Assembly: GCA_036269735.1 (NCBI GenBank)
Contig: DATBDW010000111.1
Coordinates: 1-58,398, forward strand
Source of the DNA: Actinomycetes bacterium
GTDB lineage: Bacteria; Actinomycetota; Actinomycetes; JACCUZ01
Length of the DNA: 58,398 nt
Direction of reading: 5' to 3'
This document shows positions 52,372 to 58,398 of this stretch, piece after piece. Position numbers and translations under genes: made by a program. How positions within the stretch are numbered: the stretch's first letter is position 1; each line of letters begins with the position of its first letter. Under the pieces are notes generated by a model. The model searched no databases. It saw nothing but the letters and a program-made list of their open reading frames with translations, and had not been told where the DNA came from.

Positions 52372-55300
52372 GTGAGCGTCACCGGTCTCCTCGACGTGCT
52401 CCTCGACGAGCACGCCGGCGATCCCGCGCTGCGCTCGGCGGTCGAGGCCGCCCGATCCGGCGCGCACACCGCCCTGGACCTCACCGCGCCGACGGGGATC
52501 CGCCCCTTCCTGCTCGCCGCCGTCGCGGCGCGCGCCGGCCGGCCGGTGCTCGCGGTCACCGCCACAGGCCGGGAGACGGAAGAGCTCGCGACCGCCCTGG
52601 GCGACCTCCTGGCGCCCGAGGCCGTCGTCGAGTTCCCTGCCTGGGAGACGCTGCCGCACGAGCGCCTCAGCCCGCGCAGTGACACCGTCGGCCGCCGGCT
52701 GGCCGTGCTGCGCCGGCTCGCCCACCCGGACGCCGACAGTGCTGGGCACGGCCCGGTCCAGGTGGTGGTCGCCCCGATCCGCGCGGTCCTGCAGCCGATG
52801 GTCGCGGGCCTGGGTGACCTCGAGCCGGTCTCGCTGCGGGCGGGTGACGAGATCGAGCTCGACGACCTGGTCGAGCGGCTCGCGGCCGCGGCGTACACGC
52901 GGGTCGACCTCGTCGAGCGGCGCGGCGAGTTCGCCGTCCGCGGCGGCATCGTCGACGTGTTCCCCGCGACGGAGGAGCACCCGCTGCGCGTCGAGCTGTG
53001 GGGCGACACCGTCGAGGAGGTGCGCTGGTTCAAGGTCGCCGACCAGCGCTCCCTCGAGGTGGCCGAGCACGGGCTGTGGGCCCCGCCGAGCCGCGAGCTC
53101 CTGCTCACCGAGGCAGTCCGGGCGCGCGCCGCAGAGCTCGCTGCGTCGCACCCTGGCCTGGCCGACGTCCTCGGCCAGGTCGCCGAGGGCATCGCGGTCG
53201 AGGGCATGGAGTCGCTCGCGCCGGTGCTGGTCGACGAGATGGTCCTGCTCCTCGACCAGCTGCCGTCGGGGACCCACGTCGTCGTGGCGGACCCGGAGCG
53301 GGTCCGGACCCGGGCGCACGACCTGTTCGCGACCAGTGCCGAGTTCCTCGAGGCGTCCTGGGCGAACGCGGCTGCCGGCGCCGCGACACCGCTGGACCTC
53401 GGGGCGGCGGCGTACCGAAGCCTCGCCGACGTGAGGGCCCGGTCGATCGAGCTCGGTCTGCCCTGGTGGACCGTCAGCCCGTTCGCGGCCGACGAGGAGG
53501 ACGAGACCGACGAGTCCACGATCGTGCGGGCACGCGCGGTGGAGGGCTACCGCGGCGACGTGGCCCGTGCGATCGCCGACCTGAAGGGCTGGCTCGGCGA
53601 CGGCTACCGCGTGGTGCTGCTGACCGAGGGGCACGGCTCTGCGCAGCGCACGGTGGAGGTGCTCGGCGGCGAGGACGTCGCGGCGCGCCTGGACGAGTCC
53701 CTCGACGGGGCGCCCGACCCGGCCCTGGTGCACGTGAGCTGTGCCTGCCTCGTGCGCGGTTTCGTCAGCGACGAGCTGCGACTCGTCGTACTCACCGAGA
53801 CCGACCTGATGGGCCAGGTCGGCCCCTCCACCAAGTCGATGCGCCGGATGCCCAGCCGTCGGCGCAACCAGGTGGACCCGCTCGAGCTGCGCACCGGCGA
53901 CTACGTCGTGCACGAGCAGCACGGCGTCGGTCGGTACGTCGAGATGGTGCAGCGGACGGTGCAAGGCGCGACGCGCGAGTACGTCGTCATCGAGTACGCC
54001 GCGTCCAAGCGCGGCCAACCAGGTGACCGGCTGTACGTGCCGACCGACCAGCTCGACCAGGTCACGCGGTACGTCGGCGGCGAATCACCGACGTTGCACC
54101 GCCTCGGTGGCGCGGACTGGCAGAAGGCGAAGGGTCGAGCCCGCAAGGCGGTCAAGGAGATTGCCGCCGAGCTCATCCGCCTCTACGCCGCGCGCACCTC
54201 GGCACCGGGCTTCGCCTTCAGCCCGGACACCCCGTGGCAGCGCGAGCTCGAGGACGCCTTCCCCTACCACGAGACCCCCGACCAGCTCGGCGCGATCGAC
54301 GAGGTCAAGCTCGACATGGAGAAACCGGTCCCGATGGACCGGATCGTGTGCGGCGACGTTGGGTACGGCAAGACGGAGATCGCCGTGCGCGCCGCGTTCA
54401 AGGCGGTCCAGGACGGCAAGCAGGTCGCCGTTCTCGTCCCGACCACCCTGCTCGTCAGCCAGCACCTCTCGACCTTTGCCGAGCGCTACGCGAGCTTCCC
54501 GGTCAAGGTGGCCGCGCTGTCCCGGTTCCAGAGCGACAAGGAGGCCAACGAGGTCAAGGCCGGTCTCGCCGACGGCACGATCGACGTCGTCATCGGCACC
54601 CACCGCATCCTGTCCAGCGAGGTGCGGTTCAAGGACCTCGGCCTCGTCGTGGTCGACGAGGAGCAGCGCTTCGGCGTGGAGCACAAAGAGCAGCTCAAGC
54701 ACCTGCGCACCAACGTGGACGTGCTCACGATGTCCGCGACGCCGATCCCGCGCACCCTCGAGATGGCCGTCACCGGCATCCGGGAGATGTCGACGATCCT
54801 CACCCCGCCCGAGGAGCGGCACCCGGTCCTCACCTTCGTCGGCGCCCACGACGAGAAGCAGATCGGCGCCGCGGTACGCCGCGAGCTGTTGCGCGAGGGG
54901 CAGGTCTTCTACATCCACAACCGGGTCGAGTCGATCGACCGCGCGGCCACCCGGCTACGACAGCTCGTGCCCGAGGCGCGGATCGCGACCGCGCACGGGC
55001 AGATGAACGAGCACGCCCTCGAGCAGGTTGTGCTCGACTTCTGGGAGAAGCGCTTCGACGTCCTGGTCTGCACGACGATCGTCGAGAGCGGCCTGGACAT
55101 CTCCAACGCCAACACACTGATCCTCGAGCGCGCCGACGTGATGGGCCTCTCCCAGCTGCACCAGCTGCGCGGTCGGGTCGGTCGCAGCCGCGAGCGCGCC
55201 TACGCCTACCTGCTCTACCCGCCGGAGAAGCCGCTGACCGAGACCGCGCACGACCGGCTCGCGACCATGGCCGCGCACAGCGACCTGGGCTCGGGCATGT

Positions 55301-55950
55301 GGATCGCGATGAAGGACCTCGAGATCCGCGGTGCGGGCAACCTGCTCGGTGGTGAGCAGTCCGGGCACATCGCGGCCGTGGGGTTCGACCTCTATGTCCG
55401 GCTCGTCGGGGAGGCGGTCGCGGACTTCAAGGGGGAAGGCGCCGTCGAGCTGCGGGATGTCAAGGTCGAGCTCCCCGTCGACGCCCACCTGCCCCACGAC
55501 TACCTGCCGGGGGAGCGGCTGCGGCTCGAGGCTTACCGCAAGCTGGCGGCGGTCGCCTCCGAGGAGGACCTCGGGGCGGTGCGGGCCGAGCTCGAGGACC
55601 GGTACGGCGAGCTGCCGCGGCCGGTCGAGAATCTGCTGGCCGTGGCCCGGTTCCGCACCCTGGCCCGCCGGGCCGGCCTCACCGAGGTCGCTTTGGCCGG
55701 CAACAGCATCCGGTTCGCGCCGGTCGACCTCCCCGAGAGCGGCCAGCTGCGCCTGCAGCGGCTGTACCCGGGCACGCTGGTCAAGCAGGCGGTCCGTACG
55801 ATCCTGGTGCCGAAGCCGATGACCGCCCGGGTGGGCGGCCAGCCGCTCCGCGACGTCGAGCTCCTGGACTGGTGCCGGGACTTCGTGGAGGCGGTGCTGG
55901 TGCCCGCTCCAGCACCCGTTGCACCCGTAGCAGCCGAAGGACCCCGATGA
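52372..55950 (+). CDS. mfd: transcription-repair coupling factor
   Basis: The protein is 1192 aa. Motifs present are the CarD-like [14 protein letters not shown], the helicase motifs [35 protein letters not shown], and [12 protein letters not shown]. Confidence 0.95.
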   Translation: MSVTGLLDVLLDEHAGDPALRSAVEAARSGAHTALDLTAPTGIRPFLLAAVAARAGRPVLAVTATGRETEELATALGDLLAPEAVVEFPAWETLPHERLSPRSDTVGRRLAVLRRLAHPDADSAGHGPVQVVVAPIRAVLQPMVAGLGDLEPVSLRAGDEIELDDLVERLAAAAYTRVDLVERRGEFAVRGGIVDVFPATEEHPLRVELWGDTVEEVRWFKVADQRSLEVAEHGLWAPPSRELLLTEAVRARAAELAASHPGLADVLGQVAEGIAVEGMESLAPVLVDEMVLLLDQLPSGTHVVVADPERVRTRAHDLFATSAEFLEASWANAAAGAATPLDLGAAAYRSLADVRARSIELGLPWWTVSPFAADEEDETDESTIVRARAVEGYRGDVARAIADLKGWLGDGYRVVLLTEGHGSAQRTVEVLGGEDVAARLDESLDGAPDPALVHVSCACLVRGFVSDELRLVVLTETDLMGQVGPSTKSMRRMPSRRRNQVDPLELRTGDYVVHEQHGVGRYVEMVQRTVQGATREYVVIEYAASKRGQPGDRLYVPTDQLDQVTRYVGGESPTLHRLGGADWQKAKGRARKAVKEIAAELIRLYAARTSAPGFAFSPDTPWQRELEDAFPYHETPDQLGAIDEVKLDMEKPVPMDRIVCGDVGYGKTEIAVRAAFKAVQDGKQVAVLVPTTLLVSQHLSTFAERYASFPVKVAALSRFQSDKEANEVKAGLADGTIDVVIGTHRILSSEVRFKDLGLVVVDEEQRFGVEHKEQLKHLRTNVDVLTMSATPIPRTLEMAVTGIREMSTILTPPEERHPVLTFVGAHDEKQIGAAVRRELLREGQVFYIHNRVESIDRAATRLRQLVPEARIATAHGQMNEHALEQVVLDFWEKRFDVLVCTTIVESGLDISNANTLILERADVMGLSQLHQLRGRVGRSRERAYAYLLYPPEKPLTETAHDRLATMAAHSDLGSGMWIAMKDLEIRGAGNLLGGEQSGHIAAVGFDLYVRLVGEAVADFKGEGAVELRDVKVELPVDAHLPHDYLPGERLRLEAYRKLAAVASEEDLGAVRAELEDRYGELPRPVENLLAVARFRTLARRAGLTEVALAGNSIRFAPVDLPESGQLRLQRLYPGTLVKQAVRTILVPKPMTARVGGQPLRDVELLDWCRDFVEAVLVPAPAPVAPVAAEGPR

Positions 55951-56597
55951 CCCGCCTGTCCCGTCGCACCCTCTCCCGCCCGACCCGGGTGGCCGCTCTG
56001 CTGGTGGCCGCCCTGGCCGCGGTCGTCGCCCTGTCGGGGTGCGGCGAGCAGGAGAAGCTGGGCTCGGCCGCGGTCGTCGACGGTCACCCGATCAGCACCG
56101 ACCAGCTGCAGACCGCGACCAACGACTTCCTCAAGGTCGTCCCGGGCCAGGACACGGCGAACGCGCAGCTGCGGATCCTCGAGCGGATGATCCTGTCGCG
56201 ACTGATCGACAAGGAGGCCGCCGACCTGGGCGTGCACGCCTCGCCCGGTCAGGTGGCGCGGGCCCGCGACAGGCTGCTGCCCAGTGTGGGCGGCAAGCTC
56301 GGCCTGGTCCGGCAGCTCGCTGCGGGGCAACAGCCGATCCTCGTCCCGCCGTCCTACGTGGACCGTTGGTTCAAGGACCGGGTGCTCTACACCAAGATCG
56401 CCCAGAAGCTCGCGGTGAATGGCGATCCGACGTCGCAGCAGTCGGTCAACGCCACCACCAAGGCGCTGATCAACACCGGTCGGTCGATGGACGTCGAGGT
56501 CAGCCCCCGCTACGGCACCTGGAACTCCAAGCGGGGCCTCACGCCGCTCGTTTCCGGCGGCCTGTCCAAGACCGCCGCCGAGATCGCCAAGGGCTGA
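55947..56597 (+). CDS. SurA N-terminal-domain-like lipoprotein
   Basis: The ATG overlaps the mfd stop. The signal peptide ends in a lipobox (VVALSGC). The chaperone-like helical region reads [15 protein letters not shown]...[12 protein letters not shown]. Confidence 0.65.
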   Translation: MTRLSRRTLSRPTRVAALLVAALAAVVALSGCGEQEKLGSAAVVDGHPISTDQLQTATNDFLKVVPGQDTANAQLRILERMILSRLIDKEAADLGVHASPGQVARARDRLLPSVGGKLGLVRQLAAGQQPILVPPSYVDRWFKDRVLYTKIAQKLAVNGDPTSQQSVNATTKALINTGRSMDVEVSPRYGTWNSKRGLTPLVSGGLSKTAAEIAKG

Positions 56598-56606
56598 CCC
56601 CGAGCC

Positions 56607-57596
56607 GTGACGGGCCGGCTGGTCCTGCTCCCGACCTCCCCACGGGTGGCGCCCGGGCTGCTCGCGGCGGCCGCCTGGGACGTGCTGCGCTCCGGCGCAC
56701 GCGTCGAGGCCGACGCCGAGCATCCGTTGTCGCCGTACCTCGGTGCCGAAGGTGTCGCCGTGGTCGGCGCGCCGGCGGAGGGGCCGCGCGACCGGGCGGC
56801 CCGTCTCCTCGAGCTCGCCTCCCGCGGCGACACCGTCGTGTGGCTGGTCGGGGCGGAGGGCGACGAGGCCCTCGGCCGGGCGCTCGGTGAGCTGCTGGAG
56901 TCGGGCGCCGCGCCGGTCGAGCTGGAGGTGCTGCCCGGCTCCTACGACCTGCCGGGGGCGCGGCTGCTGGACCTGGTCGCGGTGATGGACCGGTTGCGCT
57001 CACCGGGCGGCTGCCCGTGGGACGCCGAGCAGACCCACGCGTCGCTGGCGACCTACCTCGTCGAGGAGACCTACGAGACGCTCGAGGCCATCGACACCGG
57101 CGACCGCGACCACCTGCGCGAAGAGCTCGGCGACCTGCTGCTGCAGGTCGTGTTCCACGCCCGGATCGCGGGGGAGCACGAGTCGGAGCCCTGGTCGGTC
57201 GACGACGTGGCGGCTGACATCGCCGACAAGCTGGTACGCCGGCACCCGCACGTCTTCGGCCCCCACGTGTCCGGCCGGACCGCGGAGACGGCCGCCGACG
57301 TCGAAGCGGGCTGGGAGCGCGCGAAGGCGGCCGAGAAGGGCCGGTCCTCGGCGGTGGACGGCGTGCCGATGGCGATGCCTGCGCTGTCGCTTGCGGCGAA
57401 GATGGTCCACCGCGCCGAGAAGAACGGGGTTGCCGTCGACCCGGTCGACGGTGACGGGCTGGGCGACCGGCTGATGGCGCTCGCGGTGGAGGCCCGCGCC
57501 GCGGGGCTGGACCCCGAGGCCGAGCTACGCGCTGCCGTGCGCCGCTTCGCCGCGCGGGTGCAGGCCGCGGAGGCCGCCGAGGCGTCCCAGGGTTAG
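56607..57596 (+). CDS. mazG: MazG-family nucleoside triphosphate pyrophosphohydrolase
   Basis: Motifs present are RLRSPGGCPWDAEQTHASLATYLVEETYETLEAID and LREELGDLLLQVVFHARIA. The position after mfd matches conserved synteny. Confidence 0.9.
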   Translation: MTGRLVLLPTSPRVAPGLLAAAAWDVLRSGARVEADAEHPLSPYLGAEGVAVVGAPAEGPRDRAARLLELASRGDTVVWLVGAEGDEALGRALGELLESGAAPVELEVLPGSYDLPGARLLDLVAVMDRLRSPGGCPWDAEQTHASLATYLVEETYETLEAIDTGDRDHLREELGDLLLQVVFHARIAGEHESEPWSVDDVAADIADKLVRRHPHVFGPHVSGRTAETAADVEAGWERAKAAEKGRSSAVDGVPMAMPALSLAAKMVHRAEKNGVAVDPVDGDGLGDRLMALAVEARAAGLDPEAELRAAVRRFAARVQAAEAAEASQG

Positions 57597-57607
57597 GGTC
57601 GCGGGCT

Positions 57608-58398
57608 GTGACCCAGCAGAGCGCGCCCACGACCGATACGCACGAACTCGCGGCAGCCGTGCTCGACGAGCTGCTCGAGCGCCACCCCGAGTGGGCGACG
57701 ATCCTCGGCGACCATCGCTTCGACGACCGCCTCGGCGACCTGGGCGCCGAGGCCAAGGCCGAGGAGCTCGCCTGGGCCGGCCGCCGGCTGGCCGACCTGG
57801 ACGCCGTCGACGGGGCCGCGCTGGACCGGGCCGACCGGGTCGACGTCGCCATCCTGCGCAACACGTTGCGGGCCCGGCGGTTCGACCTCGAGTCGCTGCG
57901 CGACACCGAGTGGGACCCGCTGGCGGCGAACCCGGGTACGGCGATCTACACCCTGCTCGCCCGCGGGTTCGCCCCGCTGGGCGACCGGTTGCGGTCTGCG
58001 GCCGGCCGGCTCGTCGCTGTACCGGAAAGACTGGCGCAGTCGCGTGCGGCGCTCGGTTCGATGCCCCGGGTGCATGTGGAGACGGCCATCGGACAGTTCA
58101 CCGGGACCCGCACGCTGATCGCGACCCAGCTGGAGCAGGCGCTGAGGGAGGAGCCGTCGCTGCGCCGCGAGATCGATCCGGCGCGGGACGCTGCCGTCGC
58201 CGCGCTCGACGAGCACATCGCGTGGCTCGAGGCCCAGGTGGACGACGCCGACCGCGACCCGCGGATCGGCGCCGAGCGCTTCGGCCGCAAGCTCGGGTAC
58301 ACGCTCGACGCGGCGAACGACTCGGACGCCGTGCTCGCCCGCGCCGAGGCCGACCTGGACCGCATCGAGGAGCGCATCGAGGAGACCGCGGCCCGCCT
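57608..58398 (+). CDS. DUF885-family protein (3' end lies outside the window)
   Basis: A GTG start at 57608 opens a frame that runs to the window edge. The translation begins VTQQSAPTTDTHELAAAVLDELLERHPEWATILGDHRFDDRLGDL and later contains DRVDVAILRNTLRARRFDLESLRDTEWDP. This pattern is typical of DUF885 proteins. Confidence 0.6.
   Translation, partial: MTQQSAPTTDTHELAAAVLDELLERHPEWATILGDHRFDDRLGDLGAEAKAEELAWAGRRLADLDAVDGAALDRADRVDVAILRNTLRARRFDLESLRDTEWDPLAANPGTAIYTLLARGFAPLGDRLRSAAGRLVAVPERLAQSRAALGSMPRVHVETAIGQFTGTRTLIATQLEQALREEPSLRREIDPARDAAVAALDEHIAWLEAQVDDADRDPRIGAERFGRKLGYTLDAANDSDAVLARAEADLDRIEERIEETAAR

Overview
This is a high-GC actinobacterial chromosomal segment. Its backbone is a conserved housekeeping block: metG-tatD, rpfB-rsmA-ispE, an ABC-F ATPase, tRNA-Gln-glmU-prs-rplY-pth, then ppc, mfd-mazG and a DUF885 gene. 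About 25 kb of accessory DNA (18.9-43.8 kb) lies between pth and ppc/mfd. No integrase, transposase or CRISPR array was seen there. The accessory DNA starts with a sensor-less histidine kinase, a NarL-type response regulator and a second, divergently transcribed LuxR-type regulator that lacks the phospho-acceptor Asp. A roughly 20 kb operon of 15 tightly overlapping plus-strand genes follows. It encodes a Wzx/Wzy-type glycan pathway: a PCP/Wzz protein with a degenerate kinase domain, a DegT aminotransferase, a CapD/PglF-type dehydratase, a Wzy-like polymerase, an epimerase, a GT4 glycosyltransferase, a Wzx flippase and a PglC-type phosphoglycosyl transferase. The most unusual part sits inside this operon. 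It is a translationally coupled trio: an HPr-kinase-like P-loop protein, an RtcB-family (RNA-ligase fold) protein with its catalytic residues intact, and an APH-fold pseudokinase. This trio lies directly upstream of a 1407-aa secreted protein built from two duplicated beta-helix+PKD modules plus two extra PKD domains. A third beta-helix paralog lies downstream. Other items of note:
- a frameshifted HTH-LAGLIDADG-like gene running into tRNA-Gln
- a 179-aa Erm(37)-like methyltransferase with a possible leader uORF
- an acidic mini-protein coupled to a CHAP/NlpC-like protein
- an MBL-Rieske fusion
- a cluster of AGATCNAC repeats
- a 31-bp direct repeat carrying GATC palindromes between ppc and mfd

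Many long antisense ORFs in the track are high-GC artefacts.
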